Of a DNA stretch of 64,000 nt, positions 1 through 12,950 are shown in pieces. This DNA comes from an uncultured Gemmatimonadales bacterium (GTDB lineage: Bacteria; Gemmatimonadota; Gemmatimonadetes; Gemmatimonadales; GWC2-71-9). The stretch covers positions 288,001 to 352,000 of the forward strand of contig CAWHFW010000005.1 of assembly GCA_963828735.1 (NCBI GenBank), read 5' to 3'. Made by a program: the position numbers and the translations under genes. The notes under the pieces were generated by a model that was not told where the DNA came from, did no database searches, and worked only from the letters and a program-made list of their open reading frames with translations. Each line of letters starts with the position of its first letter. Position 1 is the first letter of the stretch.

Positions 1-1922
1 TCGTGTCGTCGGCCATGTCGCTCGGGGCGCTCTCGCCGGAGGCGCACGCCACCTTGTCCATCGCGATGAACCGCATGGGCGCACGCTCGAACTCGGGCGA
101 GGGCGGCGAGGATCCGCACAGCTATCACGGATTCGCCAACGGCGACCGGGCGGACAACCGGATCAAGCAGGTGGCGAGCGCCCGGTTCGGCGTCACCACC
201 GAGTATCTCGCCCGCGCGGAGGAGCTGGAGATCAAGATCGTCCAGGGCGCGAAGCCGGGCGAAGGCGGACAGCTCCCGGCGCACAAGGTCACCGATCTGA
301 TCGCCCGCCTCCGGCACTCCGTGCCCGGCGTGTCGCTCATCTCGCCGCCGCCCCATCACGACATCTATTCAATCGAGGACCTGGCGCAGCTGATCCACGA
401 TCTCAAGACGGTGAATCCGCGCGCGCGGGTGGGCGTCAAGCTGGTCGCCGAGACCGGCGTCGGGACCGTCGCGGCGGGCGTGGCGAAGGCGTACGCCGAC
501 TACGTCCTCATCGCCGGACACAACGGCGGCACGGGCGCCTCCCCGCTGTCATCCATCAAGCACGCGGGCTCGCCGTGGGAGCTCGGGCTCGCGGAGGCGC
601 AGGCGACCCTCGTCCGCAACGGGCTTCGGCACCGCATCGAGGTGCGGACAGACGGCGGGCTCAAGGCCGGACGTGATGTGGTGATCGCGGCGCTGCTCGG
701 CGCGGAGTCCTACGGATTCGGAACGGCCCCGCTTGTCGCGATGGGCTGCGCGATGGCGCGCCAATGCCACGTCAACACGTGTCCGACCGGCATCGCCACA
801 CAACGGGAGGATCTGCGGGCCAAGTTCAAGGGCACCCCCGAGCAGGTGATCCGGTACTTCACGCTCCTGGCCGAGGATGTCCGGCAGATTCTCGCCGGCA
901 TGGGCTTCCGCACGCTCGACGAGATCATCGGCCGCTCGGACCTGCTGCAGCGGATCGAGCGACCGGACGTGCCGCGCGCGCAGATGCTGGACCTTTCGGT
1001 CCTGCTCGCGCCCCCGGCCAGCGCCGGCCCCACCCGGCGCACCGAGGCGCGGAACGATCGGCCGGGGGTCGTGTCCCTCGATACGGAGGTCCTCGCCGAT
1101 CTCGAGCCGTACCTCGAGAGCGGACTGCCCTTCTCGGGAGCGTATCCGATCCACAACCATCATCTGACCGTGGGCGCGCGAGTGGCCGGCGCCATCGCCG
1201 AGCGCAACGGCGACGCGGGCCTTCCCCCCGGGGCGGTCCGCCTTCGGTTCACCGGGAGCGCAGGTCAGAGCTTCGGTGCGTTCACCTGTCGGGGCATGCA
1301 CCTCGAGCTCGAAGGCGAAGCGAACGACTACGTGGGCAAGGGACTGAGCGGTGGCGAGCTGGTCATCCGGCCCTTCCGCCGGGCCGCGTACGCCGATGCG
1401 TCGCACCAGCACCTGATCATCGGCAATACGATCCTCTACGGCGCCACCGCCGGGAAGCTGTTCGCCGCCGGCCAAGCGGGCGATCGCTTCGCGGTGCGCA
1501 ACTCCGGCGCGATCGCGGTGATCGAAGGCGCCGGCAACCACTGCTGCGAGTACATGACGGCCGGCATCGTGGTCGTGCTCGGCCGGGCGGGGCGGAACTT
1601 CGGGGCCGGAATGTCGAACGGCGTGGCGTACGTCGTGGACGAGGCGGGCACCTTCGGGACCCGCGTCAACCAGGACATGGTGGAGGTCGCGGAGCTCGAC
1701 GACACCGATAGCCTGGTCCTTCAACGTCTCATCCGCGAGCACGAGGAGAAGACCGCGAGTCCGCGCGCACGCCGCATCCTGGTCCACTGGGATCAGTTCC
1801 TGCCCGTGTTCAGGAAGGTGGTCGCCCGGAATTCGGCCCAGCTCGTGGCCGCGGCACGGGACGCGTATCTCCAATCCGTTTCGAGCGAGTTGGAGGTGGT
1901 GCTGGAGCGGCGAAGCGCGTAA
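1..1922 (+). CDS. gltB: Glutamate synthase large subunit, C-terminal part (5' end lies outside the window)
   Basis: FMN-domain motifs SNSGEGGED, IKQVASARFGVT, QGAKPGEGGQL, SPPPHHDIYSIEDL; 3Fe-4S motif CAMARQCHVNTCPTG; GXGXG beta-helix with AGDRFAVRNSGA. Confidence 0.97.
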   Translation, partial: VSSAMSLGALSPEAHATLSIAMNRMGARSNSGEGGEDPHSYHGFANGDRADNRIKQVASARFGVTTEYLARAEELEIKIVQGAKPGEGGQLPAHKVTDLIARLRHSVPGVSLISPPPHHDIYSIEDLAQLIHDLKTVNPRARVGVKLVAETGVGTVAAGVAKAYADYVLIAGHNGGTGASPLSSIKHAGSPWELGLAEAQATLVRNGLRHRIEVRTDGGLKAGRDVVIAALLGAESYGFGTAPLVAMGCAMARQCHVNTCPTGIATQREDLRAKFKGTPEQVIRYFTLLAEDVRQILAGMGFRTLDEIIGRSDLLQRIERPDVPRAQMLDLSVLLAPPASAGPTRRTEARNDRPGVVSLDTEVLADLEPYLESGLPFSGAYPIHNHHLTVGARVAGAIAERNGDAGLPPGAVRLRFTGSAGQSFGAFTCRGMHLELEGEANDYVGKGLSGGELVIRPFRRAAYADASHQHLIIGNTILYGATAGKLFAAGQAGDRFAVRNSGAIAVIEGAGNHCCEYMTAGIVVVLGRAGRNFGAGMSNGVAYVVDEAGTFGTRVNQDMVEVAELDDTDSLVLQRLIREHEEKTASPRARRILVHWDQFLPVFRKVVARNSAQLVAAARDAYLQSVSSELEVVLERRSA

Positions 1923-2042
1923 GGAGCCACCGAGACATACGCCTGCACCACATGCATCCCAAATTGCGGCGGTGCAAGCAGTTAAAGTTGCTCTCCATCG
2001 TGGGTCGCATGGCCCGGGTAGTCGGCACCGGGCCGTTGGCTC

Positions 2043-2089
2043 TTGCATGGTTGAGTCACGAAGCATACACTTGCTAGACGACAAGCAAG
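2043..2089 (+). promoter_or_regulatory. Sigma70-like promoter and probable TetR operator
   Basis: TTGCAT (2043-48) - 17 bp - TACACT (2066-71); inverted repeat CTTGCT-N8-AGCAAG (2070-2089) over the predicted start site. Confidence 0.55.
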
Positions 2090-2110
2090 CCATGCCAACT
2101 GGAGATTCTC

Positions 2111-2785
2111 GTGACCCAGCCCGCCGAGAAGGAACGCAACGCCGCTCGGTCACGATCGGCCATCCTCGATGCGGCCGAACGCCTGTTCGCCGAACGCGGA
2201 TACGACGGGACCAGCCTCAACGAAGTCGGCGCCGCCGCCGGCGTCAGTCGGGGCACGCCCGGCTATTTCTTCGGCAGCAAGGCCGATTTGTACCGGGCCG
2301 TCCTCGATCGTGCGTTCGCGGAGGTGCGCGAGGCGGTCCGCGCCGGTCGCGCGCGCGCGCTTGCGAGCAGCCAGACGGCCGAGGCGATTCTCGCCGGCGC
2401 CGTCTCCGACTACTTCGACTTCCTGACCGCGCGACCGAATTTCGTTCGCCTCATCGAGCGGGAGGCCCTCAGCGGCGCGGGCCTGCTCGAAGGCGCCAGC
2501 CATCTCTCCGCGGGACAGGAGGCGCTCGCCGCGATCAGCGCCGAGCTGGGCCTCGACGACGGCGAATCGGGCGACGCAGCACAGCTCCTCCTGAGCATCA
2601 TCTCTCTCTGCTGGTTCCCCCTGATCCATGCGCGCACCGTGGCGCCCGCCGTCGGTGTCGAGCTCGAGCGCGCCGGCGACTTCGAGCGCCGCAAGCACCA
2701 CGTGGTGAGCCTGGTGCTCCACGGATTGCCCGGACTCGCCCGTTCCGCGACCCCCGCTCTCGTCGAGGCCAAGACCCATGACTGA
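2111..2785 (+). CDS. TetR/AcrR family transcriptional regulator
   Basis: N-terminal [50 protein letters not shown] upstream of the GTG start. Confidence 0.93.
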   Translation: MTQPAEKERNAARSRSAILDAAERLFAERGYDGTSLNEVGAAAGVSRGTPGYFFGSKADLYRAVLDRAFAEVREAVRAGRARALASSQTAEAILAGAVSDYFDFLTARPNFVRLIEREALSGAGLLEGASHLSAGQEALAAISAELGLDDGESGDAAQLLLSIISLCWFPLIHARTVAPAVGVELERAGDFERRKHHVVSLVLHGLPGLARSATPALVEAKTHD

Positions 2786-4652
2786 CGTCCTCACCCCTCG
2801 CACGCCGCCACCCGAGCAGCCGCTCGCCACCGAGCAGGAGGCTCGAGAGGTGGCCGAGGCGGCCCGGGAAAAGGAATGGGAGGCGCCGAGCTTCGTGCGC
2901 GAGCTGTTCGAGGGCTCCTTCCGCCTGGACCTGGTCCATCCCTTCCCTGCAATGGACCCCGCGGATGTCGAGCGTGCCCGGCCCTTCATGGAGCGCCTCG
3001 AGCGCTTCCTCGCCGAGCGCGTCGACAGCGACCGCATCGACCGGGAGGGCAGGATCCCGGCGGACGTGATCCAGGGACTTCGCGACCTCGGCGCGTTCGG
3101 CATCAAGATTCCCGAGGAGTACGGCGGCCTCGGCCTGAGCCAAACCGCCTACACTCACGCCATCGGCATGGTGACCAGCGTGGACGGCAACCTGACGGCG
3201 CTGCTCTCCGCCGCGCAGTCGATCGGCGTGCCGCAGCCGCTCAAGCTCTTCGGCACCCCGGAACAGAAGCGGCGGTACCTGCCGCGCCTCGCCAAGGGGG
3301 CGATCAGCGCGTTCGCGCTCACCGAGAGCAACGTCGGCAGCGACCCGGCCGCCATGCAGACGACCGCGGTGCTGTCGGAGGACGGCACGCACTACCTCCT
3401 CAATGGCGAGAAACTCTGGTGCACCAACGGCACCATCGCCGAACTGATGGTGGTGATGGCACGCACGGGGCCCAAGAAGATCACCGCCTTCATCGTCGAG
3501 GCCGACTGGCCCGGGGTGGAGGTGGTACAGCGCCTCCATTTCATGGGCCTCAAGGCCATCGAGAACGGCATCATTCGCTTCACCGACGTGAAGGTGCCCG
3601 TCGAAAACATGCTGTGGGGCGAGGGGAAGGGCCTGAAGCTCGCGCTCGTCACCCTCAACACCGGCCGGCTCACGCTTCCCGCATCGGCCGTGGCGGGCTC
3701 GAAGCGCGCCCTGGCGGTGGCGCGCCGCTGGGCAGCGGAGCGAGTCCAGTGGGGGCAGCCGATCGGCAAGCACGACGCCATCGCACAGAAGCTCGGGCGG
3801 ATGGCGGCCGACATCTTCGCCATGGAAGCGGTCGCCGATCTGGCGTCGCTCATGGCCGATGGTGGTCGCACGGACATCCGGCTCGAGGCCGCGATGGCCA
3901 AGATGTGGAACACCGAGGCCGGCTGGCGGATCGTGGATGACGCCCTCCAGATCAAGGGCGGCCGGGGGTACGAGACGGCGGATAGCCTGCGCAGTCGAGG
4001 TGAGCGTCCCGAGGCGATCGAGCGCATGATGCGCGACTACCGCATCAATCTGATTTTCGAAGGGTCGAGCGAGATCATGCGGCTGTTCATCGCACGGGAG
4101 GCGGTGGACACACACCTGAAGGTTGCGGGCGCTTTGATCGATCCCAAGCGCTCGACAGCCGAGAAGCTCTCGGCGCTGGCGCGATCGGCAGTGTTCTACG
4201 GGACGTGGTACCCCCGCCTGTGGTTCGGCCTCCGGGGGCGGATCGGGTACGGCGGCTTCGGCCCGCTCGCCCCGCACCTTCGGTTCGTGGACCGCGCCAG
4301 CCGCAAGCTCGCGCGGACGCTGTTTCACTGCATGGTGCGATTCGGTCCCAAGCTCGAGAAGCGGCAGGCGGTCCTGGGACGACTGGTCGAAATCGGCGCC
4401 GAGCTGCTGGCGATCAGCGCAGCCTGCAGCCGCGCTCAGGCCATGATCCAGCGGGATCCGGCGAACCGCGGCCCGGTGGAGCTGGCCGACCTCTTCAGTC
4501 GTCAGGCCCGCCGCCGGATCGAGGACCGGTTCGCGGCTGTGTTCGACAACGACGACGTCGCCGCGTACGCGGTGGCCCAACAGGTGATCCAGGGCCAGCA
4601 TGCCTGGCTCGAGCAGGGGATGGCACGGGTCGAGCCCTGGACCGCGGCCTGA
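2778..4652 (+). CDS. Acyl-CoA dehydrogenase, long (VLCAD/ACAD9-like) form with C-terminal extension
   Basis: [43 protein letters not shown] motifs; overlaps the TetR stop. Confidence 0.93.
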   Translation: MTDVLTPRTPPPEQPLATEQEAREVAEAAREKEWEAPSFVRELFEGSFRLDLVHPFPAMDPADVERARPFMERLERFLAERVDSDRIDREGRIPADVIQGLRDLGAFGIKIPEEYGGLGLSQTAYTHAIGMVTSVDGNLTALLSAAQSIGVPQPLKLFGTPEQKRRYLPRLAKGAISAFALTESNVGSDPAAMQTTAVLSEDGTHYLLNGEKLWCTNGTIAELMVVMARTGPKKITAFIVEADWPGVEVVQRLHFMGLKAIENGIIRFTDVKVPVENMLWGEGKGLKLALVTLNTGRLTLPASAVAGSKRALAVARRWAAERVQWGQPIGKHDAIAQKLGRMAADIFAMEAVADLASLMADGGRTDIRLEAAMAKMWNTEAGWRIVDDALQIKGGRGYETADSLRSRGERPEAIERMMRDYRINLIFEGSSEIMRLFIAREAVDTHLKVAGALIDPKRSTAEKLSALARSAVFYGTWYPRLWFGLRGRIGYGGFGPLAPHLRFVDRASRKLARTLFHCMVRFGPKLEKRQAVLGRLVEIGAELLAISAACSRAQAMIQRDPANRGPVELADLFSRQARRRIEDRFAAVFDNDDVAAYAVAQQVIQGQHAWLEQGMARVEPWTAA

Positions 4653-4708
4653 GGCCCGTGGTCCGGCGGCCGCCGACTATCTTTCAGCAACCCCAACGCG
4701 AGCGGCAG

Positions 4709-5098
4709 ATGGCGATAGCCGAAGGCAGGACGATACCGTTCACCGGTCCCGAGGCGGTGGATGTGGCCGTGCTCGAGACGTTCGAGTACGCCGGCCCCGA
4801 GCAGGAGATCGTGACCGAGACGCGGGAGTTCAGCCCGGTCTGCCCCTACAGCGGGCTGCCGGACTTCGCCACGCTACGGATCGTGTACGTGCCCGGCGAC
4901 CGGTGCATCGAGCTCAAGAGCCTCAAGTACTACGTCATCAGCTATCGCAGCGTCGGGATCTTTCAGGAGCACGCGACCGCCAAGATCGCCGAGGATCTGT
5001 TCGGCGTCCTACGGCCTCGGCGACTCACCGTGACCACGGTGTACAACACGCGTGGCGGATTCGACACCACCTGCTCGGTGACGCTGCCCCGCGCGTAG
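4709..5098 (+). CDS. queF: NADPH-dependent preQ0 reductase, unimodular type
   Basis: CPYSGLPDF catalytic Cys/Asp, QueF motif ELKSLKYY, C-terminal RGG; start reassigned to ATG 4709. Confidence 0.92.
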   Translation: MAIAEGRTIPFTGPEAVDVAVLETFEYAGPEQEIVTETREFSPVCPYSGLPDFATLRIVYVPGDRCIELKSLKYYVISYRSVGIFQEHATAKIAEDLFGVLRPRRLTVTTVYNTRGGFDTTCSVTLPRA

Positions 5099-5122
5099 AT
5101 CGTCGTCTTCGGCAAGCGAGAA

Positions 5123-5161
5123 GAGTGCCCGAGTGCGTCGCGGTGACGCATTCGGGCACTC
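5123..5161. terminator. Long hairpin between convergent queF and the M28 peptidase
   Basis: GAGTGCCCGAGTGCGTC-GCGGT-GACGCATTCGGGCACTC, 17-bp stem. Confidence 0.65.
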
Positions 5162-5240
5162 CGTCTTTCACGTGACGCCGTCAGTTCATCCCGCCAGGGC
5201 TCACGCGCGTTCCGCTGCCGCCTGAGCCCGGAATGCGTAA

Positions 5241-6755
5241 CTAGTTGGTCGTCGCGCCGGCTGACGGCTTGGTGGGCACGGTCTCCGGCGCGCGCTTGGG
5301 TCCGCGCGCCAACAGCTCCGGCAGGTTCGCCAGCTCGAACGCCGTCACGGCCATGACCGCGGCAGCCTGTTCGAGGTCCCCCGGCACGGCCTTGTCGAAG
5401 GTGTCGCTCTGCGAGTGGTGGGTATGGGGGTAGCCACGGGGGAGCTGGTCGAAATTGAAGCCGGGCACGCCGTACGGCAGGAAGCTCAGATGATCGGTGC
5501 CGGACTTCGAGGCGTTGCGAACGCTGTCGGCGCCGAGGTAGGCCACCGGCGCGAGCAGGTCGCGCCACAGTCCTTCGAGCTCCGGGCGACCCTGGAGCGC
5601 CTGGCCGGTGATGGCTCCGGTCCCGTTGTCGAGCACCAGCACGGCCTGCATGCTGTCCGCCTCTCCCGCATGCGCGGCGGCATACGCCTTCGAGCCCAGC
5701 AGTCCCTCCTCTTCGCCGCTGAATAGGATGAAACGGATCGTCCGCTTCGGTCTGAGGCCCGATTGGGCGAGCATTCGCGCGGCCTCGAGCACGACCATCG
5801 AGCCGGTGCCGTTGTCCGTGACGCCCTGCCCCAGATCCCAGCTGTCGAGATGCGCGCCCAGGATGACCACCTGCCCTGGCCGCTCGCTGCCGCGGAGCTC
5901 GGCGACGGTGTTCCGCTGCTGCACCGGAGCCCGGCCGATGACGTTCTCCACCTTTCCCTGGAGACGCGGGCCGGCGCCGGAGACGATCTGTCGCTCGAGC
6001 ATCGCGTAGTCCTCGTGCGCGATCACGAGGTTGGGGAGCGGTGACACCCGGTTCGGCGAGCCGCTCATGGTCATCAGGGCGTGCTCCTTGGAACCGTCCA
6101 CCAGGGTGCCCAGGGCGCCGGCGGTCTTGAGCACGTACGGCAGGTCGAGCGCGAACTGCCGGCGCGCGAGGACGGCGGCCGCGCTCGTGTCCGCCGTTGC
6201 CTGCCCGCGTGCCTTGAGGGTCTGGGCCTGAGTCGCCGAGTCGGCCGCGGTCATCGGGGGTCCGTCGGGATTCCAGAGCGGATACGCCGAGCGCGGTAGG
6301 ACCCAGGCACCTCGAACCTTGCCCTTGTACGCGGCCAGGCTGTCTGGCGTGGTCAGGTCCGCGAGCACCACCGGCCCGGTGAGGATCTTGCCGACCGTTC
6401 CGGCGGTCCACGCCCAGCTCTGTGCCGTGATCGTTCGCGTGAACGGCGCGATCAGCCTGAGGGACGCCGACCCGCGCTCCCACGTGACGCCGAAGGTGTA
6501 GGCCTCCAGGGATGTGGTGAGGCCATAGGCGCGGAACCGTCCGGCGGTCCAGTCGTTCGCGCGGCGCATCGCGGCGGAGCCGGAGAGACGGGGGCCGATG
6601 ACGTCGCTCAGCTCCCGGAGATTGGTCATGACTTCGGAGTGGTCCATCGCTTGGGCGATGAGCGCGCCGGCGCCGGTGGTATCTACCGTGACCTGCGCGT
6701 GGACACGCGGCGGAGTCGCGAGCAGGATCGCGAGGAACAGCAGGGATCGGGACAT
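5241..6755 (-). CDS. Secreted M28 family (carboxypeptidase Q-like) peptidase
   Basis: Signal peptide; GAHLDSWD, DNGTG, SGEEEGLLGS, TDH and HHSQSDT motifs. An alternative ATG exists at 6797. Confidence 0.9.
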   Translation of the reverse strand: MSRSLLFLAILLATPPRVHAQVTVDTTGAGALIAQAMDHSEVMTNLRELSDVIGPRLSGSAAMRRANDWTAGRFRAYGLTTSLEAYTFGVTWERGSASLRLIAPFTRTITAQSWAWTAGTVGKILTGPVVLADLTTPDSLAAYKGKVRGAWVLPRSAYPLWNPDGPPMTAADSATQAQTLKARGQATADTSAAAVLARRQFALDLPYVLKTAGALGTLVDGSKEHALMTMSGSPNRVSPLPNLVIAHEDYAMLERQIVSGAGPRLQGKVENVIGRAPVQQRNTVAELRGSERPGQVVILGAHLDSWDLGQGVTDNGTGSMVVLEAARMLAQSGLRPKRTIRFILFSGEEEGLLGSKAYAAAHAGEADSMQAVLVLDNGTGAITGQALQGRPELEGLWRDLLAPVAYLGADSVRNASKSGTDHLSFLPYGVPGFNFDQLPRGYPHTHHSQSDTFDKAVPGDLEQAAAVMAVTAFELANLPELLARGPKRAPETVPTKPSAGATTN

Positions 6756-6805
6756 GACAGGCCGTTCGGTGGCTTGGGAGTCGGTGAAGTTCGTCATCGA
6801 GGCGC

Positions 6806-7633
6806 TCAGGCCGTGGCCGGCACACCTGAGACCAGCCGTCCGGCAAGGCCCATCAAGATGGGCCGGTCGACCGAGGCCGTCCAGGCGGACGGAATCGCCG
6901 CTGCCCCGTCGCGGGCCCCGAGCAGCGCGCCGACCAGTCCCGCCCTGCCGGCCCTCGCCGAGCCCGCCCCCGCGAACTCGGCGAGGCCGCGCTCGAGCAA
7001 CGGCTCGTGGTAGGCGAGACGAAGTGCCGCCACGACGTCGGCCGGCGCGTGACCGGCCGCGACGGCGGCCTCCTCGACCTGCGCGCGGCGCGGTAGCGGC
7101 ACGCGCCGTACGGCAAGGAGTAGCTCCTCCGGCACATCGTTACTTCGAAGCGCCTCGATGACGTCGGGCACCACATCCCGCTTCCCGTTCACGCAGCCGG
7201 CGACGGCGACGTTCATCGCCACCGCCGCCCACGCGACCAGGGGGTGAGGATGGGTCAGCGCGACCACGTGATAGGTCGCGCTCACGAGGGTGCGAGGCGC
7301 GTCGTGGCAGGCCAGCGCGATCGGGACCGCGCGCAGCAGCGGGTCGCTGCCGAGACCGGCCGCCTGGGACGGAGGAGCATCGTGACGCGTAAGGTGGGCC
7401 AGCGCGGCGCTGGTCTCGGCATCGATGTCCGTCGAATCGGCCGCGTGGCGCGCTACCCATCGATGCGCCAGCGCCTGGAGGTCGCGACGCCCGGATGCGA
7501 GCTCGTCGGCGAGGAGGAGCATCAGCGCCATGGTGCCGTCCGGGCCCCGGTCCTGCGCCAGCGCGCGTCCCGCGCCAAGGCCGAGGAGCGCGCCCGCGGC
7601 GCGATCGGTGAGCGTGGAAACGGGCTTGGTCAG
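6806..7633 (-). CDS. ADP-ribosylglycohydrolase-family protein with degenerate catalytic site
   Basis: DRAAGALLGL at the N-terminus, LLRAVPIAL, ALTHPHP, GALLGARDGAAAIPSAW. The fold motif begins upstream of the ATG at 7531; proposed start is CTG 7633 after GGAG. Confidence 0.75.
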   Translation of the reverse strand: MTKPVSTLTDRAAGALLGLGAGRALAQDRGPDGTMALMLLLADELASGRRDLQALAHRWVARHAADSTDIDAETSAALAHLTRHDAPPSQAAGLGSDPLLRAVPIALACHDAPRTLVSATYHVVALTHPHPLVAWAAVAMNVAVAGCVNGKRDVVPDVIEALRSNDVPEELLLAVRRVPLPRRAQVEEAAVAAGHAPADVVAALRLAYHEPLLERGLAEFAGAGSARAGRAGLVGALLGARDGAAAIPSAWTASVDRPILMGLAGRLVSGVPATA

Positions 7634-7742
7634 GGTCGCTCCGGACGAATTTTTCGGGTGGCGGACGGTACCCGGCTCAAGTTATACTCGGGAAACCGTC
7701 TTACGCTCACCTGGCGCGCTCGACTTACGAAGGAGCAGGCTC

Positions 7743-9026
7743 GTGGCCAAAGATACGCTCACGATCACGGACAACCGCACTGGGAAGAGCTACGAGGTAC
7801 CGATCGAGGATGAGACGATCAAGGCCACCGATCTCCGCCAGATCAAGGTGTCGAGCGACGAGTTCGGGATGATGACGTACGACCCGGCATTCATGAACAC
7901 CGCCGCCTGCCGGAGCGGGATCACCTTCATCGACGGCGACAAGGGCATCCTGCGGTATCGCGGGTATCCCATCGAGCAGTTGGCAGAGCAGTCGAGCTTC
8001 CTGGAGGTGGCGTACCTCCTGTGCGAGGGAGAGCTCCCCACCAAGGCCCAGCTCAAGACGTGGGACGAGACCATCAAGTTCCACACCTACGTGCACACCA
8101 ACATCACCAAGTTCCTCGAGGGGTTCCGCTACGACGCCCACCCGATGGGCATGCTCCTCGGCGTGGTCGGCGCGCTCTCGACGTTCTATCCCGACGCCAA
8201 GAACATCCACGACCCCGCCAATCGCTACCTGCAGCGCGTCCGGCTCCTGGCCAAGGCGCCCACGATCGCGTCCTTCGCGTTCCGCCACTCGCGGGGGCTG
8301 CCCTTCGTCTTCCCGGACAACGATCTGGACTACATCGGCAACTTCGTCAACATGACGTTCAGCATCGGCGGCAGGCACCGGCCGAACAAGGTGCTGCAGC
8401 GCGCGCTCGAGATCCTGCTCATCCTGCACGCGGATCACGAGCAGAACTGCTCGACCAGCGCCGTGCGCGCGGTCGGCTCCTCGCACGTGGATCCGTTCTC
8501 CGCCATCAGCGCGGGCATCGCCGCCCTGTACGGTCCGCTCCACGGCGGCGCGAACGAGGCCGTGCTCCTCATGCTGGACGAGATCGGCGAGAAGAAGAAC
8601 GTCCCGCGCTTCATCGAGGAGGTGAAGGCTGGCCGCGGCCGGCTGATGGGATTCGGCCACCGCGTGTACAAGTCGTACGACCCGCGGGCCAAGCTCATCA
8701 AGCGGGTGGCGGACGATGTGTTCGGCCAGACCGGCCTCAACCCCAAGCTCGAGATCGCCCTCGAGCTGGAGCGGATCGCGCTCGAAGACGACTACTTCAT
8801 CAAGCGGAAGCTGTATCCGAACGTGGACTTCTACTCGGGGCTCATCTATCAGGCGATGGGCTATCCCACCGAGTACTTCACGGTCCTCTTCGCCCTGGGC
8901 CGGATGCCGGGCTGGCTGGCGCAGTGGGAAGAAATGCTGCTCGACAAGGACCAGAAGATCGCCAGGCCGCGACAGATCTACACCGGAAAGGACGAGCGGC
9001 CGTTCGTCCCCATCGACAAGCGGTGA
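7743..9026 (+). CDS. gltA: Citrate synthase
   Basis: [59 protein letters not shown] upstream of GTG 7743. Confidence 0.97.
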   Translation: MAKDTLTITDNRTGKSYEVPIEDETIKATDLRQIKVSSDEFGMMTYDPAFMNTAACRSGITFIDGDKGILRYRGYPIEQLAEQSSFLEVAYLLCEGELPTKAQLKTWDETIKFHTYVHTNITKFLEGFRYDAHPMGMLLGVVGALSTFYPDAKNIHDPANRYLQRVRLLAKAPTIASFAFRHSRGLPFVFPDNDLDYIGNFVNMTFSIGGRHRPNKVLQRALEILLILHADHEQNCSTSAVRAVGSSHVDPFSAISAGIAALYGPLHGGANEAVLLMLDEIGEKKNVPRFIEEVKAGRGRLMGFGHRVYKSYDPRAKLIKRVADDVFGQTGLNPKLEIALELERIALEDDYFIKRKLYPNVDFYSGLIYQAMGYPTEYFTVLFALGRMPGWLAQWEEMLLDKDQKIARPRQIYTGKDERPFVPIDKR

Positions 9027-9030
9027 ACGC

Positions 9031-10971
<1,941 letters not shown>

Positions 10972-10984
10972 GGCAGGCAGTCGG

Positions 10985-11014
10985 AGGTCGTAGGCCGCGC
11001 GGCCTACGACCTTT
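10985..11014 (+). terminator. 28-bp perfect palindrome, probable terminator between acs and speA
   Basis: AGGTCGTAGGCCGC|GCGGCCTACGACCT followed by TT. Confidence 0.65.
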
Positions 11015-11027
11015 CGCGGGGCAGCGG

Positions 11028-12950
11028 CTATCTCACCGGAACATCACCTTCCAAATACGTGTACCCCTCGAGCCCGGCCACGAAGTCGGCGATGAAGCTG
11101 TTCGCCTCCTGCCGGCTCAGCTCCTTGGCCGCGCTCACCTTGCGGCGGAACGTGGCCAGCAGGTCGGAGGCGTGGAACTGCACGTAGTTCAACACCTCGG
11201 TGACCGTGTCGCCATGGACCAGGTCGGTGATCTCATAGCCCTGCTCGGTGAGCCGGACGTGCACGGCGTTCGTATCACCGAACAGGTTGTGCAAATCACC
11301 GAGAATCTCCTGGTACGCGCCGGTGAGAAAGATGCCGAGGATGTAGGGTTCGCCCTCGTGCACCGGATGCACCTCGAGCGAGGGCTTCCCCTTCCGGCCG
11401 CCGGCGAAGCGGTCGATCACGCCGTCCGAGTCGCAGGTGACGTCCTGCAGGGTCCCGCGCCGCGTGGGCTGCTCGGTTAGCCGGTGGATCGGCATGATCG
11501 GAAAGAGCTGGTCGATCGCCCAGTTGTCGGGCAGCGACTGAAAGACGGAGAAGTTGCAGAAGTAGCGGTCCACCAGCGCGCCATCGATGTGGGCGGCGAT
11601 CTCGGGGAACGATGAGCGGTCCTCGCCCATGGCATGCTGGATGGAGTTGAGCGTGACCAGGTACAGCTGGTCGGCGGCGGCCTTCTCGCGCAGGGAGAAC
11701 ACTCCGCTCGCGAAATATTCCTGCGCCCGCTCCTTGGCGAACACGGCGTCATGGAAGGCCTCCTCAACCCGGTCGGCGGAGAGCTCGTCCAGGTTCTCGG
11801 CCATCTCCTTGAGCAGCGGGTGGGCATCCTTCTCGAGCTCGGGCGGGACCGGTTCGATCTGGGATTCGACGTCGATGACATTGATGAGCAGCAGCGCGTG
11901 GTGCGCCGTGAGCGCGCGGCCGGACTCCGAGATCAGGTGCGGCATCGGGAGACCCTCGGTGCGGCACACGGCTCCAATGGTGTACACCACGTCGTTCGCG
12001 TATTCCCGCATCGAGTAGTTCATGCTGGCGGGCCGCGTGGATCGCGAGCCGTCGTAGTCGACCCCCAAGCCGCCGCCCACGTCGACGTGAGTCAGATCGA
12101 ACCCCATGCCGCGGAGCTCGGCGTAGTACCGGCCGACTTCCTCCAGGCCGGCCTTCACGTAGCGGATGTCGGTGATCTGGCTGCCCAGGTGGAAGTGCAC
12201 GAGCTTCAGGATGTCCTTGCGCCCCAGGCGATCGAGCTGGTCGAGGAGCCGCATGAGCTCCACCGCGCCGAGGCCGAACTTGGAGCGCTCGCCGCCGCTC
12301 TTGGCCCACCGCCCCGAGCCTTCGGTCGCGAGCTTGACCCGGACGCCGGCCGTCGGCTGCACGCCCATCTCGTCCGCCACCTTGAGCAGGACCTCGAGCT
12401 CGTTCAGCTGCTCGAGCACGATCATGACGGTGTGACCCAGGCGCTGCCCCATGAGCGCCAGCCGCATGAACTCCTCGTCCTTGTAGCCGTTGCAGACGAT
12501 GAGATGGGTGGTGTTCTCGTTGAGGCCGAGGATGGCCTGAAGCTCCGGCTTGCTCCCGCACTCCAAGCCCACGCCATGGGGCGCGCCGAACTCCACGATC
12601 TCCTGCACCACATGTCGCTGCTGATTGACCTTGACCGGATACACCGTCGTGTAGCTGCCGTCGTAGCCGAATTCCTTGATGGCGCTGGCGAACTGGGACG
12701 CCAGCGATTCGATCCGGGACCGCAGGATATCGCTGAAGCGGAGCAGGAGCGGAAGGCCGACGCCCTGGGCGTTGAGATCCATCGCGAGCTGATAGAGATC
12801 GAGCCCGCGCTTGCGATTGGTGTCGGGGTGGACGGTGACGTGCCCGTCAGGGCTCACGCGGAAGTAGCCCAGTCCCCAGCCGCTCATGTTGTAGAGCTTC
12901 TCGGCGTCCTTGACGCTCCAGCTCGGCTGGGCGACGACAGTGGTGGCGAT
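11028..12950 (-). CDS. speA: Biosynthetic arginine decarboxylase
   Basis: YPVKVNQ (PLP Lys), CNGYKD, HFHLGSQ, DVGGGLGVDYDG, DVTCDSDG, GAYQEILGDLHNLFG. The conserved-looking WSVKDAEKLYN lies upstream of ATG 12887, so the start is proposed at ATC 12950. Confidence 0.95.
   Translation of the reverse strand: MATTVVAQPSWSVKDAEKLYNMSGWGLGYFRVSPDGHVTVHPDTNRKRGLDLYQLAMDLNAQGVGLPLLLRFSDILRSRIESLASQFASAIKEFGYDGSYTTVYPVKVNQQRHVVQEIVEFGAPHGVGLECGSKPELQAILGLNENTTHLIVCNGYKDEEFMRLALMGQRLGHTVMIVLEQLNELEVLLKVADEMGVQPTAGVRVKLATEGSGRWAKSGGERSKFGLGAVELMRLLDQLDRLGRKDILKLVHFHLGSQITDIRYVKAGLEEVGRYYAELRGMGFDLTHVDVGGGLGVDYDGSRSTRPASMNYSMREYANDVVYTIGAVCRTEGLPMPHLISESGRALTAHHALLLINVIDVESQIEPVPPELEKDAHPLLKEMAENLDELSADRVEEAFHDAVFAKERAQEYFASGVFSLREKAAADQLYLVTLNSIQHAMGEDRSSFPEIAAHIDGALVDRYFCNFSVFQSLPDNWAIDQLFPIMPIHRLTEQPTRRGTLQDVTCDSDGVIDRFAGGRKGKPSLEVHPVHEGEPYILGIFLTGAYQEILGDLHNLFGDTNAVHVRLTEQGYEITDLVHGDTVTEVLNYVQFHASDLLATFRRKVSAAKELSRQEANSFIADFVAGLEGYTYLEGDVPVR

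Noticed and set aside
4653..4708. preQ1 riboswitch before queF (also checked before queC)
   Set aside because: The leader is short and lacks the stem-loop plus A-rich tail of class I; no class II or III features are recognisable.
10985..11012. REP/MITE element
   Set aside because: Single copy in the window and positioned between convergent genes, so it is better explained as a terminator.
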